Assembly: GCA_001600695.1 (NCBI GenBank)
Contig: BCKQ01000006.1
Span: 376,327-408,888 of the forward strand
DNA from: Ascoidea asiatica JCM 7603
Taxonomy: Eukaryota; Fungi; Ascomycota
Length of the DNA stretch: 32,562 nt
Direction of reading: 5' to 3'
Position 1 is the stretch's first letter; every line of letters starts with the position of its first letter. Shown piece after piece: positions 11,179-20,799 of the stretch. The translations under genes were made by a program, and so were the position numbers. Under the pieces are notes generated by a model. It saw only the letters and a list, made by a program, of their open reading frames with translations, searched no databases and was not told where the DNA came from.

Positions 11179-13488
11179 CTATTTATTTACCTTACTGACT
11201 ATATACTCACCACTATCATCTATACATGCAACTTTCACATCATAAGCCAACCCCTTGTTTAACAAAATTTGACACAATGCTTTCAATTCATTCTCAATTT
11301 GAAGATTCTTAATTTTATTAAAATTATCATGAGTTAAAATATATTCATCTTGATTGAACCATTTGATTTGAGCATTCTTAATATGTTTCAAAGAGGGATA
11401 AAACAATTTAATAGCATTTTCAATATCAATCATTGTTAATCCAAATGAAATATCCTTGATGTGAATTATATTATTATATTCTTTATTCTCGTCTTCTTTT
11501 TCACTTGAATTCCCAACATTCAAATCTCTTAAATCTTTAGTAACTTGCTTCACTCCATTTTCTTTGACATCTTTACTTTCTTCGTTATCTTTATTTTCAT
11601 TAAAACTTAGAAGCAACTTATTCAATGAAACAGCTTTTATATCTGATAGTAATATTGAAGGAATTGTATTTTTTTCAGTTTTGAAAATTGCAACACATCT
11701 ATGAGGTTCAACATCATATGATGCAGATTTTAATTTATAAACTTCTGATAATAAATGAATGAATTTTCTCTTTTGTCCATTCATTGGTAAAAAAAATTTA
11801 TTTTTTGATCTACTAATTTCAATAAATTCTTTCAATTCTTTTTCAATTTTAAAGCACCATAATTTATTTTTCAGAAAAAAATTTAAAATATTTTCATTAT
11901 AAATATTATTGATCTGTTCAATGGAAGCCTTAGAACCATTTTGTTCATTTGTAACTATACCTAATGCATCTTTTAGAATTTTATCTCTTTTAACTTGTTC
12001 ACAAGTTGAATCACAAGATATTGGAGTTTTATCAAAACTATAACATTTTCCTCTTCTTTTAATTCTACCACATAGGCATGAAATTGATAATACTTTATTA
12101 CATTTAACATCTTTATGATTAAAATCTTTATCACAACAAACTTTATTACATTTATGGTTACAATTATCTAAAATTTTATCACATTTTGTATTACAATTAA
12201 CATCATTAACACAACAACAAACTTCAATTAAATTTTTACCACATTTACAATTTTTTAAAACTAATTCTGTACATTTGGGACAATTATATTCTTTTGAATG
12301 ACATAAATGTGGAATAATATGACCACAATCTTGAACTATTGAACATTGTTTTCTACAATAATTTCTTTTTAATGGTTTACTACCACATAAATATGGACCA
12401 TAAATTAATATTGTTTTTCCACATTCACAATATAAATTATCACTTAAAATTTCTTCACATGAATAACATTTACCTTTATGACAAGTTCTATTACAATAAT
12501 GATTACCACAATTTAATAATTTATTACATTTTTCTTGACAAATATGATCTTGACATAATTGAATCCCTCCATTAATTTGTTTATTTGAATTAAATCTTGA
12601 TTTTTTTCTAATTGAATCATTTTTATATTCTAATTTTTCAAAAGGACAACAAATTTTATTACATTTATGTTTTCTACAATTTCTTAAAGCTTTACATTTT
12701 CTTTCACATTTTGGTAAATTTGGTTTAAATGAACAAGGTATAAGAAATTTATTATAACCACAATTACAATAACTTTCAATAATATTTAAACATTTTTCAT
12801 TTTTATTTTCTAATTCATCTTTTTCATGATCATGACAAATCTTATTACATTTACAACCACATTTTTTAAATTTATCACAAATTTTATCACAATGTGGTAT
12901 TGGATCAGTACATTTTGATCTTTTTGGTAAATTTTTTTCAATTATTAAAGAATCTATAGTTCTTTTACCACATAAACAATTTTTTAAAAATTTTGGATCT
13001 TTTTCACATTTATGATAATTTGATATTGTATCTGGTGATAAAGGATGACATTTCTTTTGACATTTATGAATACCACAATCTAATAATTCATTACAAACTT
13101 TATTACAATTATAAGAACCAATCCAAGATTGTAAAGAATCTTTATCTTCCTCTATATTGGCATCTATTTCAGAATCTATATTAGTAATATTTGATTTTTT
13201 TTCTAATTTTTGACATTTTATTTTAATTAAATCATTTGAAACTTTATCTCTAGGTAATTGAAAACATTTTTTATTATATTTAATTTCATTACCACAATAA
13301 CAATTTTGATTTTTATAAATATATTTACAATTACCACAAGAACCAATAGAATGACATTTTTTGAAACATTTATGTATTTTACAAGGTAATAATTTATTAC
13401 ATTTTGAATTACATTTAAATTCAAAAGTGGAATGTAAACTTATTGGAATTAATCTCTCTTCTTTACCACATTGACAAAATTTTAACAT
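11179..13488 (-). CDS. FAP1: NFX1-type zinc-finger / R3H protein (Fap1 homolog), apparently without the N-terminal RING, 769 aa
   Basis: Repeated C-x2-H-x-C-x3-CH NF-X1 fingers (e.g. CGIHKCQKKCH, CGNHYCNRTCH) and an R3H domain (PMNGQKRKFIHLLSEVYKLKSASYDVEPHRCV). The start site is uncertain. Confidence 0.85.
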   Translation of the reverse strand: MLKFCQCGKEERLIPISLHSTFEFKCNSKCNKLLPCKIHKCFKKCHSIGSCGNCKYIYKNQNCYCGNEIKYNKKCFQLPRDKVSNDLIKIKCQKLEKKSNITNIDSEIDANIEEDKDSLQSWIGSYNCNKVCNELLDCGIHKCQKKCHPLSPDTISNYHKCEKDPKFLKNCLCGKRTIDSLIIEKNLPKRSKCTDPIPHCDKICDKFKKCGCKCNKICHDHEKDELENKNEKCLNIIESYCNCGYNKFLIPCSFKPNLPKCERKCKALRNCRKHKCNKICCPFEKLEYKNDSIRKKSRFNSNKQINGGIQLCQDHICQEKCNKLLNCGNHYCNRTCHKGKCYSCEEILSDNLYCECGKTILIYGPYLCGSKPLKRNYCRKQCSIVQDCGHIIPHLCHSKEYNCPKCTELVLKNCKCGKNLIEVCCCVNDVNCNTKCDKILDNCNHKCNKVCCDKDFNHKDVKCNKVLSISCLCGRIKRRGKCYSFDKTPISCDSTCEQVKRDKILKDALGIVTNEQNGSKASIEQINNIYNENILNFFLKNKLWCFKIEKELKEFIEISRSKNKFFLPMNGQKRKFIHLLSEVYKLKSASYDVEPHRCVAIFKTEKNTIPSILLSDIKAVSLNKLLLSFNENKDNEESKDVKENGVKQVTKDLRDLNVGNSSEKEDENKEYNNIIHIKDISFGLTMIDIENAIKLFYPSLKHIKNAQIKWFNQDEYILTHDNFNKIKNLQIENELKALCQILLNKGLAYDVKVACIDDSGEYIVSKVNK

Positions 13489-13893
13489 TATTATAACTTA
13501 AATGAAAAGGATCCAAAGAAATATAAATAAAAAAGTACTACTTGTATTTATTTTTGAGAAAATTTTAGAATTAGGAAATTGTTCAAGATTTAGAACAACT
13601 TACCGATTATTTTGATAAATTCAATGATCAATATAACGAATGAATGAATTAATATGTAAATTGAATTGTAATATTTGCAAGAATCTGAATAATTTATATA
13701 TAAAATATTTTTCTTCAATATTTCATTAAGTAGTATTCTTTTTCATGATTAAATTCTGGTATTGATTAACAAAACAATTTCCAAAATAAAAATACAAAAC
13801 TGCAAAAAAAAAAAATATTTTACGTTTACGTAACAGTCTGTAACTTGATGATGGCAAAAAAGGAGATAAAATGAGAGGAGAATCGATGATTTG

Positions 13894-13901
13894 CCGGGTA
13901 A
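13894..13901. promoter_or_regulatory. Reb1-type site CCGGGTAA (a second site, TTACCCG, at 14520-14526) in the FAP1/AVL9 divergent promoter
   Basis: Exact consensus matches, one nearer each start codon. Confidence 0.5.
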
Positions 13902-14348
13902 TTCTGTACGAATTAATTATAAATCAAAACTTCAATAAAACAAAATAAATAAAAAGATTATTTCACTGAAAATTCGAATTTATTTGACTCAAATAAACGA
14001 AGATTAACAATAAAGCCTTTTAGTTCCTGATTGTTAAAAAAAATAATGATACCAATCCTTTATTGAAAATTATACCGAGGGAAAACTGTGGAACTATCTA
14101 GAACCTGATATAAATCAAACAAAACAATTCTAATTCAACTCAGTAATTCAATAAACGAATACCAAAACTTCAACAGAAGATATTCATGATTTGATAGTGA
14201 ATTGAAGAATGATTGTAATGACCCCATTAAAACACAAACTTCATTATTCATAAGTCGAATTTTTATTATTTTACAAATGATTAAATTAAAGCATCGGCAT
14301 TTAAGATGTAGGATATGCAGAAACGTAAACAAATATACAGCGCAAGGA

Positions 14349-14631
14349 AGCCACTCACATATGGCGTAGGGATGCGCTCATGCCAAGCTAGGCATGTAAC
14401 ACAATTAACGTTGAGGCTTACATTTTCACTCGCCACGATGATTTTTGGCTTTTGAAATATTTAGGGCAAGCTCCGCCCTAGGCAGTGGTACATTTTTTTT
14501 CCCGCAGAATTATTCAAAATTACCCGCAAAAGTTTTCTGTGGCTTATTACATTTGGCAAGGCTGTTTGGGGCTGGATGAGGCTACTTCAGTGGCTCATGA
14601 GTTGTGCTCTTGCTCGTGAGTGAGCGAGGCT
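14349..14631. promoter_or_regulatory. Cluster of seven GNGGCT (Crz1/CDRE-like) motifs
   Basis: Hits at 14349 (minus), 14413, 14539, 14568, 14578, 14590 (GTGGCTCA) and 14626. Confidence 0.55.
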
Positions 14632-14844
14632 CCCATCGGTAATAGTGCTGAGATAATGTTAACAATAAACACAATTTAGTAATTTGATAGTTTCATAATA
14701 ATAATAAATTTTGAATTCAATGCAATTTAAAATAAAATACTGAAGAAGAACTGCAAACTAATCAGAATATAATCAAATATCTGATTCATTCAGCATTTTA
14801 TTTTATCTTCTGTTGTAATTTATTTCTTCCACTTTTCTTTAAAG

Positions 14845-15750
14845 ATGGATCAATATAGGAATATAAACAACTCTAAAGATGATATCTTAGATGATTATCT
14901 CGAGGTTAATCCATGGTCAAATGATTATTTTGATACAAATGATATATCTGAAAACGATTCTAATTCCAATTATAACATCAATACAAATACAATTACAAAT
15001 ACAAATACAAATGCTGTTCCAATTATAAAGAAAAGTAATAATCTAAAAGAGAATATTCTACCTTTAAATAAACCTCCTTTTCTGAATGCAAATTCTTTTT
15101 CTTCAAATCATATCTCTGTAAATAATAATAACAATAATAATAATAATAATTATCTTGATCATTTAAATTTAAATACAAATTCACTTTCACATTCAAGATT
15201 AAAATCTAAATCTGCAAGAAATTCAATAAATCCAATAACAAATCCTTTAAATATTCAATCTTTAAAATTACCTTCAAATGATTTAGAAAAATTAAAATTA
15301 AAACGAAATTCATTACCTTCAAATCCATCAAATATTCAAAATTCAAAAAATATACAAAATAATAAAATTATAATAAATAAATTTAATAAAAATCCAATTC
15401 ATCAAAAAATTAATTTAAATTCAGATTTAAAATTAAATAATATTCAAAATAATTTAATATTTTCTGTATCTTTAGTAGATTTTAATCATACAAGAGGTCC
15501 TGAAATTGAATATTGGATTGATAAAAATGGTTCAATAGATATTAATGATAATAATAATAATTTAAATACAAATAATCTTAAAATTTTATCTAAATTTTGG
15601 CCAATTTTACCTTTTCAAGCTTTACCTGATGGTTCTCATGATTTTGAAGAAACTTTTTCATATTTTACTTTATTATATGATGAAAATTTTAAAATTACTT
15701 TAAATTCAATATCTTCAATAAATGATAATAATTATCCAATACAATCTGCA

Positions 15751-15794
<44 letters not shown>

Positions 15795-17340
15795 TAATAT
15801 CAATAATTCAATAGATACTAATTTATCATCAAATTTACCTTTGAAATCTTTTAATGAAAATATTAATACATTCTTTGCAATTTCTTGTGTAAGACAAATA
15901 AATTCTGATGAATTATTATTTAAAAATTCAAGTATAAAAAGATCAACTGTACAAAAAGCTGTAGTAATAATTTTAAGAAAACCAATTTTTAATCAAATTA
16001 AAGAAAAATTAAGTATGATAACAAAATCTTTATTTCTACAAAGAAATTTTACTGATAAAAGAATTTTAGATTCTTTATATACAAATTTAATTAATTTATA
16101 TAATAAATTACCTCCTGAACCTTTAGAATTAAATTCAATTAAACCTTCAAAAAAAATAATTTATGATGATAATGATGATGAATTTAATTATTATTATGGT
16201 TTATCTTTAAAAGAATTAATTTATAAATTTAAAAGAAATTCATTAGTTATTTTTAAAGCTTTATTATTAGAAAAAAAAATTTTATTTTTTGGTAAAAATA
16301 TTGAAAAATTATGTAATTTACAATTATGTTTTTTATCTTTAATTCCAAATTTATTATTAAATTTAAATGATTCTGGTTCTCCATATTTATTTTTTAATGA
16401 ATTTTTTTTAAAAAAATCAAATGATTTAAAATCTTCAAATCATAAATCTCTTTTAAATTTTTTAGGTTTACCTTTACAATTATTTGAATTTGGTGGAATT
16501 TTTAATCCATATGTACCTTTACAACAATTAGTTGATTTAAATAATAAAAATTTGAAATTTTATATAATTGGTAGTTCAAATTCTTTATTATTGGATCCTT
16601 CTACAAAAAAAAAATATTGTGATATTTTAATTAATATTGATAATGATTCAATAGAAATTTTAGATGATAGTTTAAATAATCCTTTAAGTTTATCTTCCGC
16701 AGATAAAAATTTCATTGATTTAATTCATTCAAATGTTTCAAAAGTTTATAATCCAAAATTAGATATTAATGATTCTTTAAGTATTCCAATTCCTTCTATT
16801 AATTCTAAAAAATCACAAGATAATAATAATAATAATAATAACGCAAATGCCAATACCAATGGAAATTCTAGTAATTCTGATGATAGTGAAAATGAAAGTT
16901 TGGTTTCAAATTCTCAATATATTGGTAGTGAAGATTATATAAGATCAGCATTTGAAGAATATTTAACTGGTTTAATAGCTTCAATAAAATATGATTCTTA
17001 TCTTAAATTAAATAATATAAAAAGTTCAAAACATATTGATAAAGGTTTAATAATTTTACGAAATATTGAAATTAATAATATTTCAAATTTTAATTCAAAT
17101 TGGATTAAAGAATGGAATAAAACAAACAATTATAAAATTTTAAATAAAATTACTGATGATGAAATTTTCTCAGTTTTTGATCCTTTACATATTTCAATGA
17201 CAAAAGCTTATCAAGAAGAATTAAGTAATTCAAATTTAACTAATGTATCATTAATTTCAAACTTTTTTCAATCTAAATTTACAAAAAATTTTAAAAGACA
17301 ACTGCATTTACCTTCAAGTCAAGCGAATAACACTAATTAA
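14845..17340 (+). CDS. AVL9: Avl9 DENN-domain late secretory pathway protein, 831 aa
   Basis: LVDFNHTRGPEIEY, LPFQALPDGSH, FAISCVRQI, RSTVQKAVV, FKALLLEKKILF, FNPYVPLQQL and GSEDYIR..FEEYL, with poly-Asn inserts. Confidence 0.95.
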
Positions 17341-17609
17341 GAACGTAAACTAAAAGCATATTTTTAAAACTAAAATATTATAACTCTTTCATTATTCTTA
17401 TTCTTTATTCCATATTAATTTTTCTTTTTTTGCTTTTAATACTTTGTTTCTTTTCATTTTTTAGTTTTAATTCTTTTCTCTTTCATTTTTTTTTTATTTA
17501 GTCTTTTTTTCTTAATCATCAAATATTTGCATATTAATGAACAATGTAGAATAATGATTTTCTTTTTCAAAAACAATTTGAAACAATAAAATAATAAATC
17601 AATTTATCA

Positions 17610-17658
17610 TTTTAATAATTTTAATCATTTTAATCATTTTAATCATTTTAATCATTTT

Positions 17659-17692
<34 letters not shown>
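17610..17692. repeat. (TTTTAATCA)n tandem repeat followed by a T28 run, in the convergent 3' region of AVL9 and the LRR gene
   Basis: About five 9-bp units at 17610-17655; poly-T at 17665-17692. Confidence 0.85.
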
Positions 17693-17697
<5 letters not shown>

Positions 17698-17790
17698 GAA
17701 CCTTCATTTACTGTTAATTTGCTCTAAATTTTATTTCTTGTCCATTTATTTGATAGAAATTATATAGAAATTAAATTATATTTCCTAATC

Positions 17791-20064
17791 TCAATTTTCA
17801 GATTCACCATCAGCATCTGAACTAGAATCAGGCTCACTTAATCCTTCATAATCAGAACTTTGAACATCCTCACCAGGAGGTATATTATAATCACTATCAT
17901 TATCAGATAATGCAACTTCATCAATCAAGTCTGAATCAAAACTTATTTCAAAGCTTTCACTATCTTCATCATCAACACTAAACCAACCATCATCAAATTC
18001 ACTTGAAGTAAAATCATTTTGTTCACTATCATTTTGTAAATCTGCTGATGAAGATTCAGAATTATAAGATTCTTCAGAATCACTTGAATCTGAAGATTCA
18101 TCTGAGCTTTCAATTGACATTATAAATCTATTTTCATTTGAAAGAACAACCATATTAAAAGGACAATAATCATTTGAAAATGATACAGTATCTCTATCAC
18201 CAATTAAAATTTCAATTTTATTACTAAATTTCATATCAAAATATATTGAATTAAAACCAACTAAAGGATTATTAGAAATATAAATTTGTTTTAAAGAATT
18301 TAAATTTTCTATATTTGAAATCCATTTAATTTTATTATCATCAAATTTTAAAATTTCTAAATTTTTTAATGAATCTAAATTTTCTATAATTGAAATATTA
18401 TTATCTGATAAATTTAAAATTTCAAGATTTAATAAATTATTTAAATTTTCAATATATGAAATTTCATTATCTTGTAAATTTAAATTTTTTAAAAATTTAA
18501 GAGATTTAAAAGAATCTTTATTAATTTCAGAAATTGCATTTATTGAAAGATTTAAATATTCTAAATTTTGAAAATTATTATTAAAAAAGGGTAATTTTTT
18601 TAAATTATTTCTTGATAAATTTAATGATTTTAAATTTTTTAATGAATTTTTAATTAAATTATTTATATTAAATTTTGTAATCATATTTGAACTTAAATCT
18701 AAATGATTTAATGAAATCATATTATTAAATGAATTATTATTAATTTCAACTAAATCATTTTTAGATAAATTTAAAACTTGAAGTTTTTTTAATTTTAAAT
18801 TTTCAATTTTAAAAATTGTATTACCTTTTAAATTTAAAATTTTTAAATTTTTTAAATTTGATAAATTATTTATGAATTTAATTTTATTAAAAGAAAGATT
18901 TAAGAATTTTAAATTATTATTTAAAATTGGAATTGATTTAATTTTATTAAAAGCTAAAGATAAATGTTTTAAATTATTATTAATATTATTAATATTATTA
19001 ATATTTTGAATATTTGAATGATTTAATTTTAAAATTTTTAAATTTTTAAAATTTTCTAAATTTTCAATTTTTTTAATATTTGAATTTATAGAAATATTTA
19101 AAATTGAAATATTTTTAAATTGATTTAAATTTTCAATTTTTTGAATATAATTTGATTTTAAAGATAATTCTTTTAAAGAAGGTAATAAATAATTTTGATA
19201 ATTTAATTCATTTATACAATTTTTTGATAATAATAAATCTTTTAAATTATTTAAACCTGAGAAATTTGGAATTGAGATTAATTTATTTTTTGATAAATTT
19301 AAATATTTTAAATTTTTAAGATTATTTAAATTTTCAGGAAATTTTATTAAATTATTTTTTAAATTTAAATGATTTAAAGAAATTGGTAATGAAATTGGAA
19401 TAAAATTAATTAAATTATATGAATAATCTAAAGTTTTTAATAAATTTGATAATGGAATTAAATTATTTGGAAATTGGAAAATTTCATTAACATTTGAATT
19501 TCTAATAATTAATTGAAATTTTATAGAATTATGAATTGAATTAAAATTTAAAATTAAACAATTTATAGTTATTAAAATATTATTAAAATTTGAATAATTA
19601 TTTTTAAAATTTTTATAATCAATTTCTAAGAATAAATTTAATTTAATTTTAATTTTATTATTTAAATAATTTTTAAATTTATAATAATTTTTTAAAAAAA
19701 AATTTATATCATTAAAATCTATAATTAAAATATTAATAATTTTTGAAAATTTTAAAATTTGATTAAAATAAGTATCAGTATTAAATATTTTATTTAAAAG
19801 AAATTCATTAATTTCAAAACAATAATTTCCATAATTAAAAAGTTCTAAAGCATTTGTTTTATTTGGAGATAATTCATCATCTTTATCTTGTTGATTGAAT
19901 ATAACTAATCTTTTAAATAATCTTTTTCTTGAAAGATCAACTAAAATAGATGAATTTGATAAAGATAATCTCCATAAAGTTAATCGATTATAAGATAATA
20001 AAAGGAAAATTTGATCTAAAATATGATTTGGTAAAAGTTCTAAGAATTTAAGATCAATTGTCAT
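17791..20064 (-). CDS. Leucine-rich-repeat protein (SDS22-like repeats) with an F-box-like N-terminus and acidic tail, 757 aa
   Basis: Roughly 17-18 LxxLxLxxNxIxxIxNL repeats; N-terminal LELLPNHILDQIFLLLS; Asp/Glu/Ser-rich last ~105 aa. Confidence 0.85.
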   Translation of the reverse strand: MTIDLKFLELLPNHILDQIFLLLSYNRLTLWRLSLSNSSILVDLSRKRLFKRLVIFNQQDKDDELSPNKTNALELFNYGNYCFEINEFLLNKIFNTDTYFNQILKFSKIINILIIDFNDINFFLKNYYKFKNYLNNKIKIKLNLFLEIDYKNFKNNYSNFNNILITINCLILNFNSIHNSIKFQLIIRNSNVNEIFQFPNNLIPLSNLLKTLDYSYNLINFIPISLPISLNHLNLKNNLIKFPENLNNLKNLKYLNLSKNKLISIPNFSGLNNLKDLLLSKNCINELNYQNYLLPSLKELSLKSNYIQKIENLNQFKNISILNISINSNIKKIENLENFKNLKILKLNHSNIQNINNINNINNNLKHLSLAFNKIKSIPILNNNLKFLNLSFNKIKFINNLSNLKNLKILNLKGNTIFKIENLKLKKLQVLNLSKNDLVEINNNSFNNMISLNHLDLSSNMITKFNINNLIKNSLKNLKSLNLSRNNLKKLPFFNNNFQNLEYLNLSINAISEINKDSFKSLKFLKNLNLQDNEISYIENLNNLLNLEILNLSDNNISIIENLDSLKNLEILKFDDNKIKWISNIENLNSLKQIYISNNPLVGFNSIYFDMKFSNKIEILIGDRDTVSFSNDYCPFNMVVLSNENRFIMSIESSDESSDSSDSEESYNSESSSADLQNDSEQNDFTSSEFDDGWFSVDDEDSESFEISFDSDLIDEVALSDNDSDYNIPPGEDVQSSDYEGLSEPDSSSDADGESEN

Positions 20065-20219
20065 TTTAAAGATTAAAATTGGAAATATAATGACTTAATG
20101 ATTTAATGACTTAATGATTATGATTATGAATATGAATGAATTGTAATTGATGTTTATAATATATTATATTGTAATATATTCAGTTATTTCAATGAAATAT
20201 TCGAGTATTTTGACTGAAG

Positions 20220-20254
20220 TGAATTGAATTGAATTGAATTGAATTGAATTGAAT
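20220..20254. repeat. (GAATT)n microsatellite
   Basis: Six perfect units at 20221-20250 with degenerate flanks. Confidence 0.9.
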
Positions 20255-20662
20255 AGATTGAAATGAATAGATTGAAATTGAAATTGAATGCAATTAGATA
20301 GCAATTTGAATGAAAAGCAAGAGATATTAAAATAGATCTAGATATGAAAGTATTCAAAGTCAATAAAGATCATTTCCTAAATATAAAGAATGTGATTTGA
20401 TTGATTGTTATTTATTTCATTATTTCATTATTTCATTATTTCATTATTTCATTGTTGTTTGTTGTTTGTTGTTTGTTTATTGTTTTTTTCATTGTTAGCA
20501 AAATAAATTTAGGTGTGGAAAAAGGAAAAAGGAAAAAGGAAAAAGAAAGAAAAAAAAGTGCAGCGCGCGTTGTTAGCAGAGCAGTGCTTAAGTAAGGCAT
20601 TGGTAATAAGAGTTGAAATAGTGGTACTTTGATAGCATTTGGTGAAATATTTCATTTGATAA

Positions 20663-20695
20663 AAGAAGAAGAAGAAGAAGAAGAAGCAGAAGAAG
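20663..20695. repeat. (AAG)n microsatellite downstream of PRI2
   Basis: (AAG)8-CAG-(AAG)2. Confidence 0.9.
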
Positions 20696-20799
20696 ATGTT
20701 ATTTGTTCTAGTTGGGGGCATTTACAGTGAGTTTGAAAGAAGAATATGCTAAGAATGGTATATTATTGACTATTTAAGAGGATTTTGAATTGGACAGTG

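Noticed and set aside
15082-17304. CTG codons as evidence for a CUG reassignment
   Set aside because: CTG is rare, and those seen (e.g. 15082, 17302) fall in non-conserved regions, so the code cannot be inferred; the Pri2 ligand codons are not CTG.
20201-20214. TCGAGTATTT(T)TGAC shared with 140-154
   Set aside because: A ~14-bp match with an indel is plausible by chance in AT-rich 32 kb.
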